A stretch of DNA of 64,000 bases from Octopus sinensis (taxonomy: Eukaryota): positions 33,232,001 through 33,296,000 of the forward strand of contig NC_043003.1 in the NCBI RefSeq assembly GCF_006345805.1, written 5' to 3'. Under the pieces are notes generated by a model that was given only the letters and a program-made list of their open reading frames with translations, ran no database searches and was not told the DNA's origin. Below, piece by piece: positions 27,626 to 42,125 of this stretch. Positions within the stretch are counted from its first letter, which is position 1, and each line of letters begins with the position of its first letter. Made by a program: the position numbers and the translations under genes.

Positions 27626-27944
27626 GGGGATGGAATACGTGCATGCGTAATATCAGGGTTTGAGTCTGCCCTATTGGGGCTCTGAGTTTTATGTTTTAAC
27701 CGAATATCCGTCAATAAGGGAAATGAATCAAATGATGTTATATCATATATCAATTATTAAACTTTCTACACGCACGTTTACATTGCTAGCAATGATCGAG
27801 TTATATTAATGCATTTATGGCATTACTTCACTATGAGATCGGATAAATCTTTTAGCGAAATACATAAGACTAAAGGTTATAATTTGCAGTATATAAAGCC
27901 GAAATGATCTATATATGTCTTTTATATATATATTTATATATTGG

Positions 27945-28158
27945 TTTAAGAGTTTGGCACAAGGCCAGGCTTTTCGTGTGAGGGTGTAAGTCGATTACAT
28001 AAACCCCTGTGCTCAATTGGTACTTATTTATCGACTCCGAAAAGGATGAAAGACAAAATTGACTTTTGCGAAATTTGAACTTAGAACGTAAGGACGGACG
28101 AAATGTCGCCATGCATGTTACCCGGCAAGGTAACGATTCTGTCAGCTCTCTACCTTAA
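27945..28158 (-). mobile_element. SINE family B, short-tail form
   Basis: Reverse complement matches the body and the GGCCTTGTGCCAAA tail. Confidence 0.75.
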
Positions 28159-29518
28159 TATATGTGTATTAATATATCAAATTCCATTTCCTCAGGTTTT
28201 GATTTGCAGAAAAAAACGTTACTGAGTAAAGGTTAAGCAAACAATTTGTACCGACTTCAGATATATCGTATTTCGGAATTATAATTTTATATAAAATTTT
28301 AGATAAATTAAATCTGTAAATATTCATTTTGTACATTCCTGAAAATTGAACCACTCAAGGGCATCAAAATATCACCGAATAATATTTGTACTAGTAACTT
28401 ATATTTTCCAAATAAAAAGTATTTTGTACTTATAGGTTAACAGATCGAAGTATTTATGCATTTTATATCTATATGCCAACATAAGCTGATATGATGAGAA
28501 ATACATGTTAAACTTCCAGTGTGATTTCAAAGATATTGGTACCGAATTTCTACTAATGAAGAAAACAAATAATCTAAGGAATATTGGATTAATGAATACT
28601 GGGGACTCGAGGAGTCAACGAAAGAGTTTATAAAACCTTTATGAATTTATCAAAGAAAACAAAATAAAAAATCACAACAATTGTAAATTACAAGCAACAA
28701 ATGGAAATAGAAGGTTAATAGATAAGATTTAGTTTTCTATATCAGTAAAACATTGCATTCGGTGAAGCATTACTGAATGTATTCTTGTGTGAAAGAGAGA
28801 ATTATTAAACAAAGCCAACTACATAGATATTACTTTGCCATCAATGAACCAACCAGAAAAGTAGAAAGTGAATAAGTTGGTAACATGAAAAGTTTAAAAT
28901 ATATATTAGCGAATGCCTCACTTGTCAAGGCTAACAAATATAAAGAAGAATGATAACTTTTCAAGAAAACAAGCGTAAATTGTCGAATATTTGACAAGAA
29001 ATAATGCGCTGTCGAAATAATTAGTGTTAGCAAAAGGTATATAAGAAACTAAACCACAATTTTACGTTAACTACAAAGTATAAAATTCTTGAGTATTATT
29101 CCGAGTGAACAGGGCACGACGTAAGAGAGAGACAGGTATTTTTGCCAGATTATGGCCTAACAAGCACATAGTTCATATTAGCAAACATTATAATATTCAT
29201 ATAACCTTGAAGACATAGGATCAATGGTAGAGATACAACATTCTTTGTGTAGATTACCATGTATTATTCACAGAAGACTGACATAAACGGAAACTTAAGA
29301 ATATGATGACATGAATGACTAATCTAAGGAAATATCTACGAATTTAACGAAGAATTCCAGTACAGACTCCTTACAGTCTGACATGGCTTTCTTCTGAAAG
29401 ACACTTTATAATGCTCATTATAATAAACAATCAACCTTGAGGCTTCAGCGTCTTTAGTTGTCGGTTTCTGAATTTAATATACCTTGTTGTATTGTGGAAT
29501 CAATGCTAAAGTTCTCCT

Positions 29519-29737
29519 TAAGGCGATGAGCTGATAGAATCGTTAGCATGCCGAAACAAATGCTTAGCAGCATATCGTCCGTTTAACGCTTTAAGTCAAA
29601 TTGCACCAAGGTCAGACTTTGCCTTCCATTCTTTCAGGTTCGATAAAATAAGTGCCAGTTAAGTAGTGGGATCGATATAATCGACTTACCCCCTCTCTCA
29701 AAATTGTCAGCCTTGTACCAAAATTTGAAGTCAATAT
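29519..29737 (+). mobile_element. SINE family B, short-tail form
   Basis: AAGGCGATGAGCTGATAGAATCGTTAGC..CCTTGTACCAAAATTTGAAGTCAATATT. Confidence 0.8.
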
Positions 29738-30307
29738 TAAAGTTCTCTTATTTTACACATTTTAACTACAAAATTCTTATCTACTATATCATATTATTTT
29801 TCTTTTAGGGATTTCTTTTCATACTGGTACAATGACACATGCTTCATCCATTTAAAATTTTTCTTTTCTTTGATACTTCCATCGCTAATTAAGTAACAAG
29901 TGCACCTTTAAAGTAAGAAACTATTGGAAGTATTTTTGTGTCTATTTTCGAGGATTACCGTTTCCTATTTTAAATTTTGTACTTGTGTATATTCTCTGAG
30001 TGGTCTGATTTCGTTTTATTATTATGCAAGTAACTATGAAGTAATACTCCTTTTCACTTTTTAATCCTTGTCGACAGTACATATATGGTTCGGATTATTC
30101 TAATAATATTGATCTTTGCACGAAGACTAAAATGGTTATATTTGCGGTTATGCTGATGATTTGATTTCATCGTTCAGCTTTCCCGCTGGATATTCTTTTG
30201 TTGTTCCATGGGAGAATATATCATTATTGGTTATTAAACCTAAGCCTAACCCTAACACAGCTAACAAGAATCGTTGTATTCAAAATTTTATTTTCTTATA
30301 CACATAT

Positions 30308-30474
30308 TAGGCACAGGTGTGACTATATGATAACAAGCTTGCTTCCCGACCACATGGTTCCTGGTTCAATCCCAGTGTATGGCTCCTTGGGCAAGTATCT
30401 TTTACTATAGTCTCAGGTTGATCAAAGCCTTGTGAGTGGACTTGGTAGACGCAGAGTGAAAGAGACACGTCTAA

Positions 30475-30534
<60 letters not shown>

Positions 30535-30765
30535 CGTGCGAGTGTGTGTGTGTGTGTGTGTGTGTATGCGTGTGTGTGTGATTGATACCCGGTGTTGGTG
30601 TGTTTGTGCCCCCGTAACTTAGCGGTTCGGCAAAGTGACCGATAGAATAAATACCAGGTTTGAAAAATAAATCCTGGGTTCCAATTGTTCGACAAAAACG
30701 CTTCAAGGCGGTGCTCCAGTATGGCTGCAGTCAAATGACTGAAACAAATGAAAGAATTAAAGAAT
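30308..30765 (+). mobile_element. SINE family A, full length
   Basis: Same head, central (TA)n(TG)n and 3' half as 3803-4248. Confidence 0.85.
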
Positions 30766-32257
30766 ATTACTCTTACATTACTCTTTAATCATATATCTAA
30801 TTGTTTTTTTCTGGTCTGCTTTTTGCAGTATTCTACTCGCTTCCTAGGGTCTGATTTTTTTGGTGTCCTGTTATAAATATTTTGATCTTGCCTTTCTTAA
30901 GACAGCCTTCGTTATTTACTTTCTCAATAATTATTGTTTTACGGTTTTATTCTTACTGAAAGTTATGTGCTTTCTATAAGTATTTTTACGAACTTATCCA
31001 TTTAAGTGATATTTCTATACCTTGTATCGTTTAGGATTCGCGAATATATATTCTGAAGTTATTTGGTCTGTTAGAATCTAAAGTTTCATTTTACTTTACC
31101 ATCAAATATACGTGTCTAATTTGGTAATACCGTATTGTAAGCGAGTAACTTTGTAATCGTTCTCTTATCCTGCACATTCGTTCCGGCTTTGTTTTTCTCT
31201 ATTATTGTGAGACTTGAGCAATGAGGTTATTAAATTTACTACTCATAACTTGAGAATAAAACAATAGTAAAATAGGTTAAGAAGTTGTATGAGAAGGATA
31301 AACTTCGTGCAGCGTTTTGTTTTAGTTTTGTATTATCTATTCTACTGAAAGCATTTTATTTAATATATGCGGAGTAACTAATATGAGAGTAGGATTCCTG
31401 GTGGCTTGATTATTGGGTCATGATCATTAGTTCATACGGTCATTTTCACGACTAGGAGGCGGGTTTTACTCTTGAGAAAGGCACTTCGATCCACTTTGTT
31501 CTAATATACGCAGCTTAATACCAAGTTAGCACTTCTATTTTCCTTTCTCTCTCCATCTGTCACATACTCGATATTCCGCTGACTGAACAAGCAGCAAACC
31601 TAATGTCGTTTTTCAGTCATCGCATATTGGGTATCTATATCTCCAAGCGTTATCTGGTTAATTTCTCCAAAGGTTTTGCGATTTATCATCACATATCGTC
31701 GTTTAATTAGATGACATGGTCTTTCCAAATAATTCTTAGCAACAATATCCGGCCGAATCATCCTTTATAACCATATCCGTTTGAACTGGGATGCCCCAAT
31801 AGTTTGTTGCTTTGTCATTCTCTCAGGACTCTTCTGACAAACATCTACAAAACATTTTCTTCACTCAGTACTTTTTAATGGTGACATAATTTCCAGGGTA
31901 TAAATGACCTCCAATCTGAAATACCTATATGTGTAATATTTCAATTCTGCATGTATTTGATGTATTTTACATTGCATAATTTTTGTCGCTTCTGGTGAAA
32001 CCGCATTTACACTGTTTAACGACATATCATACCACAGTCTCAGATTTTGGTTCTATGTTTCACTGCTATAATTTTCTGTACTTAAGATCACATTTTACAT
32101 TGTGTTTTTTGCAGTGGTTATGAAGGATTTTTCTTGCTAATACATTCTGTATCATTTTTTAGCTTACATTTTTGGTTTTTCCCAAAATTTTAGTGTTCCT
32201 CCATACGCCTCATTTGTCTGTGGGTATTAAATACCCTCATATTAGAGGGTATTAAAA

Positions 32258-32259
<2 letters not shown>

Positions 32260-32325
<66 letters not shown>

Positions 32326-32358
32326 TATTATTATTATTATTATTATTATTTTTATTAT
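32260..32358. repeat. (TTA)n microsatellite; further arrays at 32846-32860 and 33334-33532
   Basis: Direct reading. Confidence 0.95.
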
Positions 32359-32845
32359 AGACGTCGCACAGTATACAATATCGTGAGTCTATTGATTGAA
32401 GATAATGCGTCTACCTACCTGGGGTTTGTACTATTTGTGAAGACGAGTACCTCATATAGACTACTTTACGCAATATGCCTGCAGTTCCTAGGCAACGCCG
32501 ACTTAGTGTACTTCTAATGTTTTCTGATGTTTCTTCAGATTAGGTGGTATTGAACCCAATGCTCCGATGACAATAGGGATAACTTTTATGCTTGACTCTC
32601 GTAGCTGCCACACCTTAGCGATCTCAATTCTGAAGTCTCCATATTTATCAACTTTTTCTCTTTCTTTCGTGATGATGTGTTGATCTCCTAGCACTGCCAT
32701 ATCAATTATTATACACTCTTGCTTGTTCCTCCTAAAGGTTACTATATCCGGCCTTTGGTGCTGTAACACTTTGTCTGTCTGGCAATCAAAGTCCCAGAGA
32801 ATTTTTGCCTTCCCCTTTTCGTCCATTACCTTTTCCAGTTTTAAT
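32359..32845 (-). mobile_element. 5'-truncated R4/Dong-clade LINE (restriction-like endonuclease domain plus 3' UTR) in (TAA)n
   Basis: ORF 32503-32826 reads KILWDFDCQTDKVLQHQRPDIV..CIIIDMAV..KEREKVDKY..IPIVIGALG, then frameshifted KSAL-LGTAGILRKV. This is a PD-(D/E)xK RLE pattern, with TAA repeats at both junctions. Confidence 0.85.
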
Positions 32846-32860
32846 ATTATTATTATTATT

Positions 32861-33332
32861 GAGTGAGAAAGCAGTGCATGCCATCAAAGTGACACTGGGG
32901 TACAAATATACGAAGCCCAGTATACCCATCATGACTACCCGTCTGATAAGGGTACACCAGGCACATGCATCACAACCATATGTGCGCGACATGGTGATCT
33001 CATAACAAGATAAACAGCGCATGACCTGGTTGGGTAACCCATCCTACTCAAAAGGTCCCTGATTAAGGGTTGTTTAAGGATGTTGAATGAAACACCCATG
33101 TTTCCAGAGGTGAATCATTCAAACCCCAAAGAATCCCTCTCAACACATGGCTATGATGCTCCCCCACTACTTCTACTCGTGATCAGAGATGCACATATCG
33201 TCAGCCACTAAGGGACATATTCAACTGGTTACGGTCAAACAACTGACAAGCAAATCTGTGGTATTGAGCAGAATATTTGCTGTAGCCCATCTTTTATACC
33301 AAGACAAAACAATGTACATGATAACACTTCCA

Positions 33333-33333
<1 letters not shown>
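32861..33333 (-). mobile_element. Probable non-coding retroposon 3' fragment bounded by (TAA)n
   Basis: A ~470-bp complex segment between two TAA arrays, ending ..GCACTGCTTTCTCACTC(AAT)n on the minus strand. It is single-copy in the window, so the class and strand are inferred. Confidence 0.4.
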
Positions 33334-33404
<71 letters not shown>

Positions 33405-33438
33405 GTTATTATTATTTTTATTATTATTATTATTATTA

Positions 33439-33487
<49 letters not shown>

Positions 33488-33532
33488 GTTATTACTATTG
33501 TTATTATTATTATTATCATTATTATCATTATT

Positions 33533-33730
33533 AAGACTGCGAGTTGGCAGAATATTTAACACTCCGGTCAAAATGCGCAGGGGCATTTCGTCCGTCTTTA
33601 CATTCTGACTTCGAATCCTGCTGAAGTTGACTGCCTTTTGATCCTTTCTATGTGAAAGTACTGGCCAAGCATTGGGGTCGATGTAATCAACTATCCCGCT
33701 CCTCCAAAATTTCAGGCCTTGTGACTATAA
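33533..33730 (+). mobile_element. SINE family B, degraded short-tail form
   Basis: GAGTTGGCAGAAT..GGCATTTCGTCCGTC..TGGGGTCGATGTAATC..GGCCTTGTG. Confidence 0.7.
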
Positions 33731-34379
33731 TTCTCCACCGCTTTCCTTTACCCTGAAAGGCAAGCAATTATATTCTGTCTAGTGATTATAGTAGAAGAGT
33801 TAGTGCGATGCACAATACCGAAGGGACTGAAACAAAATAGCTGCTGTTGTCCTATAATCTCACATCAGTTTATTTTTATTAAATGCTACTTAGATACAAA
33901 AAAATGATGGTAGAAATGGAAGTGAGCAAGAGCGGAGAGAAAGGATCAAATGAATGAGCTTACACTCAAGATGGGTTTGTAAGCCATAAGAGAGAGCTTG
34001 AATTGGGCAGTTGCATGTAAAGTAGGACGAGATTCATGTTACAGGATTTTCTTTCATCTTTCCTTTTATGATTGCACAGTTCTCTCACACGGCCGTTTTA
34101 CGCATAAATGATTCTGTAGAATGACTACCAACTTGTAACTTCGAATTACATTGATTTCCCTTACAGCGCACGCGTGGAAAATAAAGAAATTATTTCTTTC
34201 CATCCATCCTTCCTCCTCCTCCTCCTGCTCCTCCTCATCCTACACTACACCCATCCTACTTCTTCTCCTCCTCCTCCTACTACCCCATTCTCTCCCCACC
34301 TCGTCCTCCTCTTCTACTCCTCCTCTCCTCTTCTCTTCCCCTCCTTTCCTCCTTTCCTCTCTTCCCCTCCACCTCCTCA

Positions 34380-34433
<54 letters not shown>

Positions 34434-36958
34434 AACTACTACTACTACTTTTCCCCTTCGTCTTCTCCTCTTCCCCTCCTTCGCCTCCGCCTCTTCTGCC
34501 CCTCTTTCTCCTTGTTGTTGTCATTGCTATTTGCTTCATTTCGTACCGAGCGTAATTTTTTCCACTTATTCCTTTTCTCGTCCCTTTGGGGCAAATTGGC
34601 TCCTTATAAGAGAGTTTTTTTTAGTTCAAGTTGTTATTTTCTGTCGTAAATTAACAGCATGGCGGAAAGGCAAAAACAGAAACGAGGACACGTGTTGCAA
34701 GAAATCCCGCCGACATCAGCTTTGTGTGCTGAAAAACACGCATGCAACACACAAGCACACATACACTCACCACAAACACACACAAACATACTCTCACACA
34801 CACACACACGCACAAAATGTAAGTCAAAATCATCATATTAAAAACATTATTAACGATGTATCTAGTTTTTCTGCTGCAAATAAGTGCATATTGTAAGTCT
34901 CACACAATAACAGTAACAATAATAATGGCAACGACGACAACATGCAGCTTTCTCATCACGTGTTTGCTAATATCATGTGAGACAAAAAAGTTTTTGTCTT
35001 GAGTGCTTCTTGGCTCCTGTGTCGCAAAAATCCCTCCTTCTCCCGCAACAAATTTTCTCAAAGTACGAGAAAGCCATTATTTGTATCCCTTAACATTAAG
35101 CAACAGCGGCACCCCTCAGTTATCTTGATAAAGAGATGGTAGTGGAGGAAACTAGTAACCTAATCTACTTATGTTTCACGTCTTTTGTGTGCCCTTTTAA
35201 AATGAAGTGAAACGTGTAGGTAAATGAAATGAAACGAGGTAAAATGTACGACACTACAATATATGTATTCCTTTTTTGGAATGACGACAGAGCCAAGAGA
35301 CGTGAACTGGTAGATCTACATACGCCCATACTCTTGTAGTACAATTACATATGTCAACGCAACACAAGTGTGACAGTGAGCTCTTTGCCTTTAACACCAG
35401 TTCTCGGTGCGCCGTCACCTTTGTGGTACAAAAGTATGTTATGAGTTGAAGTAACGATGAAGGATGTGTAGTAGGGAGGAGTCAGCGCAGATCTGGTCTC
35501 CGCCACGACTCTACAAAAAACGAGGACTTTATAGAATTGTCCTCACTGGGTGCAAAAGTATAACCAGTGAGACTGACAGCTGAGCACAGTCGGCCTTGTT
35601 GTCATACGCTTGGTAGCAAGAAGCATTTCAGAATTTTCAGCGCCGAGAATCATTGGTAAAAGTACGATAACATTGAAGGAACAACAATAACAGAAACGGC
35701 CGCAATTACAAGAACGAAGATGAAGACTCGAAAGCTAACATTATAACAGCACCAACGGAATTGATAGAGAGACTTGTTTCGTCTTCAGTCTTAAGGGCTA
35801 ATGAAGAAGCTGACATCCATTTCTCAACCATGGTCATTTTAGAATGGGGAGAGAAGAAACACTGTATCATCAGCAACAGCAGCAAATGTCGGTCCCAAAA
35901 CATTAAGGATCAAGGATGCTACCAAGACATCTTTTAGAGATGGATAGGGGATGGTAGCAGATAAAGTATTCCAAACCGTAGAAAAGATAAGCTTCCCGAT
36001 AGGCAAGTAAAATACCAATAGAAGGAAAAAATACGAAAATAAGATGAGCTTGGAGGAGTTGTATCTCTCAGCAACGATAAAGACGTTGACAAGTAGGGTG
36101 ATAAATTGTGAGTCTCTTTCGAAGATTAAATGACCATTTTGGAGACAGAATAATGGACTTGAGGTACAAGAGGATGTATAATAACGACAGACGCAGCTGG
36201 AGCAGGAACAAAAGAGGTACATGACGTATACATTGTCAAGTAATAAGTATACAAAGATATTACAAGTACATGAAACAGATGTCCTAAAGACGCGGATTGT
36301 TATCTACCTCAAATCATTCAAAAATGTTAATGAATAAATTTGTGTTGTGCGTTCAAATCTTATCGGAGTCAACATTTCCTTTCATACTTACGAATGAAAA
36401 TTGTAACAATACAAATACTGGGTTCCATTCAGTGTATTACAAATCCGAAATCGAATTCCCTTCGACAGTCATACGACGTATTCAGATTCATTCTAGCCAC
36501 TACTACTGCGACAGCACTGATACAATCCTGACTTAGTATTTGACATGACTTTGGGACAAAATGGTCTCAAACAAAAGGCAATCATGCTGTATGGACACTT
36601 AGTGTCCAAGATTTTTTGTTTCAAGTCCTGCACCCAGGAAATTAATGGGAGCTGATGTCCTCACCGCATACAAAAACAGAATGAAGGAAGATTTCCAGAA
36701 GCAGGTCCTTTGTATCACGAGACAAACGGATGAAAATGATTACTTGTGATATTTCTTTTAATTAAAAGCATTTTTCAAATTAACTAGTGGTAACTACTAA
36801 AACATTTATTTTATTTTCTATTTTACTGAGATCCGCGGCGTCAAGCTGTATGTATATCATCTTTATTGCAAGTAGAGTGAAGAAAAAAATAGAAAGAGAA
36901 ATATATAAACGTAAATGATATCTAAACAACAAACTAATAATAATGCTGCTGCTGATGA

Positions 36959-36993
<35 letters not shown>

Positions 36994-38722
36994 ATGATAA
37001 TAATAATAACGATGATGATGATGATGATGATGATGACGACGATGATAATAATAATATATTGATTTCGACATAAGAGCATCATCACACAAGGAGAAGGGAA
37101 AAAACTAATTAACCGGAAATGAGAAGACGTAAAAAGAACAAGAAATACATACACACACATACACACGCACACACACATACATATTATGTATATATCAGTA
37201 TATAGATACTCTAACGCAGGCACAGTAAGAGAGACACGCATCTGTATATATACATGAAGGGAGACGGAGTGAGAGTGTGGGAGAGAGGAGATAATAAAAG
37301 ATTCCTAACGTTAGACATTCAAAGTTAAAGAAAATATTATAACAAATTGTACAAAGTATAGTGTAATATATTAGCTACAAATAAACAGCAAAAAGCATTT
37401 GAAGAAATTTATAAAAATGTCAAAGCAGAGACGGAACTAATTTATGCTTTAAGATTTACGGTAGTTGTGGAGGCAGTAAGTTGGTGAAGAATGAATTACT
37501 AGCAGGTTTTTCAGGAGCTGAACAGATGTATACCACGCACGTTCACAGTCGCACAGACATACATATATACATATACATACACAAAGAACACCACACATAA
37601 TGACATATATTCTTCTACACTATATGAATGTAATATTTTATAGGTAAAATACATACAATCATATATTTAACTTCTTAACACTCCCTCGTCCCCTTTACGT
37701 GTATACATACACACACACACACAAGGACACACACATATTTATATATCTACGTGTTTGTGTATGTGTGTGTGTATACATATATTTTTACAAATGGAAGGAT
37801 CTAGGACTTAATACATGTTATAAAGTTTATATCTATAGATTAAGTCATGTGAGTTGCTTCAATGTTACTTGAATATTGGGACATGTATATATTTAAGTGC
37901 TAGCTATGAGACAATATTTTATAAATGATCATAGGCAAGCCAATCCTTAATGGCTCAGTTGGGTCATGTAAAATAAACTGTATGTTGTGCTGAAAGTAAT
38001 CTACGTGTCCTGTTATGGAAGGGTGTCGAAGTGGCTTGCTAGCAGAAGTATTCGAAGAAGGAGAAAATAGGGATGGATTTGGACGAATTTTGCGACGGAG
38101 TGAAGTTTAACTTACAGCACTTGAGCGACAGTATTTTATAGCTACAATCTGTCGTGGTGGGTCAACATGCAATAGAAGGTCTTAAAATCTAAAGCTAAAA
38201 GGAACTAGGTGAGGTTAAAGAGGAAGAAACAGCTGAAGCAGTGATGAACGTGGCTAGGGTTACTGAAGAGTGACGGAAAGGCTGCTTGCAACTATGAGAA
38301 AAGTTTGATATTTGGTATTGAGGAAAAGGAGAGTGTAGGCCTTATGGATTTTGTAACGGTAGTTAGCAGAGACTTCGTGTAGGGACGTTGATAGTCGTGT
38401 GATTGTGTAAACAGAGGCGGAATCGATGTAAGTTGGCGTGTGAAGACCATAAAAAAAGGAATAAAATAGCTTAATCACTAAAAACCATGATGACATATAT
38501 ATACACCTTAGAAACATCAATAGAGAAGACTTATAGAAAATGTATAGTAATTCATGCATTGAAAATAAAAATTGTTTATTTACTTATTTAGCTTGTATCT
38601 ATAAAGACTAATACCTGGTATTAATTAAAGGGATATTGATGTCATAGGTCATGCTAAACTATATAATAATTTTAAATTAAGAGGCATATTATAGGTTTTA
38701 AAAGTGCTATGTGTATTAATCC

Positions 38723-38813
<91 letters not shown>

Positions 38814-38923
38814 ATATATGTATATATGTATATATATAATAAAGAGTAACATTAGTTAAAAATTAATAATGTTACCAAGTAGTTCGGTATGTTATAAGAA
38901 CCATTATCGGTAAACTTATACAA

Positions 38924-39093
38924 AAATTATATAATTATGAGTATAATTATAATTAGAGTTCAACAAAAATTTGCTTCACCACATACCGAAATTTAGAAAT
39001 AGCAGTTAAGAACTGGTGTTTCTAAATTTCGGTGTGTCGTGAAGCAAAATTTTGCCGAACCCTAATTATAATTATACTCATAATTATAGAATT

Positions 39094-39094
<1 letters not shown>
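38924..39094. repeat. ~170-bp fold-back palindrome (arms ~84 bp, loop AAG at 39008-39010)
   Basis: TATAATTATGAGTATAATTATAATTAG..TGCTTCACCACATACCGAAATTTAGAAATAGCAGTT pairs with AACTG..TTTCTAAATTTCGGTGTG..GTGAAGCA..CTAATTATAATTATACTCATAATTATA. Confidence 0.9.
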
Positions 39095-39177
<83 letters not shown>

Positions 39178-39397
39178 ATAATATATATATATATAATATA
39201 ATATATATTATATAATAAATATTAGGGAATGAATCCAAAATTACAGGGAAAAATCAGATTTAGGGTTAAATCCAATATTATATAATATAATTCGAGACAA
39301 AACCACTATTTTAAAACCAAACAAGGAAAGACTTAATCAATACATAAAATTTTAATACAAATTAAATAAACCGCCACTACAAATGTTTCATGTCTGC

Positions 39398-39862
39398 TCC
39401 CCTATTATAGGTTATTTTAGGTTAATTTGTTTTTAGTTTAGAGTACCAAGTATATATTTCTAGTTTTATAGTTTAGGCTTTAATTATAGTTAGTATTTAA
39501 TTGGTATTTCTTTGTTTTGTATTTAATTAATATTTTATTGAGTGTGGGAATGAATAATAGTGTATATATCGAGTTTGTACGTAAGTATATGTATGTGTGA
39601 GTGTGTATTTGGTGTGTATTGTGTATGAAAGGGGTTTTATCTTTATCTTTTTATTTGTATGTATGGACTTCATTATCATGATTAGTTTAATAAGTATTTT
39701 GCATGAAGGTATGGGTGTGTATGTAGGTGTGCGTGTGTACAAGTGTAAGTATAGATGCGGTAGTGTATGAGTGCTATGTAATTGAGTGTAATTATTTATG
39801 CAATTGTATACATGCAAGTTTTGAATGTCTGTGTGATTGCACCCGTCTGCGTGTACACACTC

Positions 39863-39905
<43 letters not shown>

Positions 39906-42125
39906 ATATATATATATTAATATCTATTTGAGTTTTAGTTTTTTATGGTTTTTTTAAAGAATTTGTAGAAAGTTTTGTATATTCCATTCATATTATGTGT
40001 AGAAATGTTGTTTTCTTTTGTATGTTTATGTATGTGTGAATGTGTGTGCGTGTGCGTTTTTGCTTGTATCGAGTTTTGTACGTATGTATTTGTATGTGTG
40101 AGTGAGTATATGGTTATGTTTGAGGGTGTGTGTATATATGTGTGTGTATTGTGTGTATTGTGTAGGGGTTGTATCTTTATATTATTACTTGTATGTATGG
40201 ATTTTATTTATCATGATTATTTTAATAAGAATTTGTATGTAGGTATGGGTGTGTATGTATGTGTGAGTGTGTACAAGTGTAAGTGTAGATGTGGGAGTGT
40301 ATGAGTGCTATGTAATTGGGTGTGATTATTTATGCACTTGTATACATGTAAGTTTTGAATGTGCGTGTGATTGCACCCATCTGCGTGTACACACTCTTTT
40401 ATATATATTTTAATATATATATATATGAGTTTTCGTTTATCATGGTCGTTTTATTAAAGTTTGTTTGTATCGAGATTTGTACGTATGTATATGTATGTGA
40501 GTGTGTATATGGTTATGTTTGTGGGTGTGTGTATATATGTGTGGTGTATTGTGTGTATTGTGTTAGGGGTTGTATAGTATATTTATACTTGTATGTATGG
40601 ATTTCATTCATAAATGATATATAAATTAATAAAATTAATAGCCCCCTATTAAAGGTTACTGTAGATTAATTTGTTTTTAGTTTAGAGTACCATATATATA
40701 TATTTTTAGTTATATAGTTTAGACTTTAATTATAGTTAATATTTAATTGGTATTTCTTTGTTTTGTATTTACTTAATATTTTATTGAGTGTGTGAATGAA
40801 TATTAGTTTATATATCGAGTTTGTACGTATGTATATGTATGTGTGAGTGTGTATATGGTTATGTTTGAGGGTGTGTGTATATATGTGTGTGTATTTGTGT
40901 GTATTGTGTATGAAAGGGGTTTTATCTTTATCTTAATATTTGTATGTATAGACTTCATTATCATGATTAGTTTAATAAGTATTTTGTATGTAGGTATGGG
41001 TGTGTATGTATGTGTGCGTGTGTACAAGTGTAAGTATAGATGCGCTAGTGTATGAGTGCTATGTAATGAGTGTGATTATTTATGTACTTGTATACATGCA
41101 AGTTTTGAATGTCCGGTGTGATTGCACCCGTCTGCGTGTACACACTCATTTTTTTTTATATATATATTAATATCTATATGAGTTTTCGTTTTTTATGGTT
41201 TTTTTAAAGAATTTGTAGAAAGTTTTGTATATCCATTCATAATTTTTTAATTTACGTTTGTCTACTACGCGCTAAGAATTTTATATTCCATTCATAATTT
41301 TAAAGACGCTGTTTTACGCAGCGCTAATAATTTTTATATGTTCGGTTCCATGGTAACGCAATTTTTGTTTATTGTAATGACGGATAAAGTTATTCACTTC
41401 AAAATTTGATACTGATTAGAAGGTATGTATATTTTTCTCTTTGTTAATCTTGTTACTTATGATAATCTGATTTCTTATGGAGTATTTTATATATCGTATT
41501 TGTGTAGAGATGTTGTTTTCTTTTGTATGTTTATGTATGTGTGAATTTGTGTGCGTGTGCGTATTTGATTGTATCGAGTTTTGTACGTATTATTTGTATG
41601 TATGAGTGTGTATATGGTTATGTTTGTGGGTGTGTGTATATATGTGTGTGTATTTATGTGTATTGTGTAATGGGTTGTATCTTTATATTTATACTTGTAT
41701 GTATGGATTTTATTTATCATGATTATTTTACTAAGAATTTTTGTATGTAGGTATGGGTGTGTATGTATGTGTGAGAGTGTACAAGTGTAAGTGTAGATGT
41801 GGGTGTGTATGAGTGCTATGTAATTGGGTGTTGATTATTTATGCACTTGTATTATGTAAGTTTTGAATGTGCGTGTGATTGCACCGTCTGCGTGTACACA
41901 CTCTTTTATATATATATTAATATATATGAGTTTTCATTTTTCATGGTCGTTTTATTAAAGTTTGTTTGTATCGGGACTTGTACGTATGTATATGTATGTG
42001 TGAGTGTGTATATGGTTATGTTTGTGGGTGTGTGTATATATGTGTGTGTGTATTCGTGTGTATTGTGTTAGGGTTTGTAAGTTATATTTATACTTGAATG
42101 TATGGATTTCATTTCCATTCATAAT
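39398..42125. repeat. Higher-order TG-rich tandem repeat
   Basis: Two blocks start CCCCTATTA (39398 and 40642). A ~400-500-bp unit beginning TATCGAG..TTGTACGTA recurs at ~39566, 40066, 40468 (partial), 40813, 41571 and 41968 (partial). Confidence 0.85.

Noticed and set aside
28480-32250. Possible very old LINE remnants (CR1-like at 28.5-29.4 kb plus; another at 30.8-32.2 kb minus)
   Set aside because: Only vague motif echoes, too decayed to support without a profile search.
35700-38450. Purine-rich stretches (35.7-36.2 kb, 38.0-38.45 kb) resembling decayed LINE ORF1
   Set aside because: No intact zinc knuckle or alignable motif.
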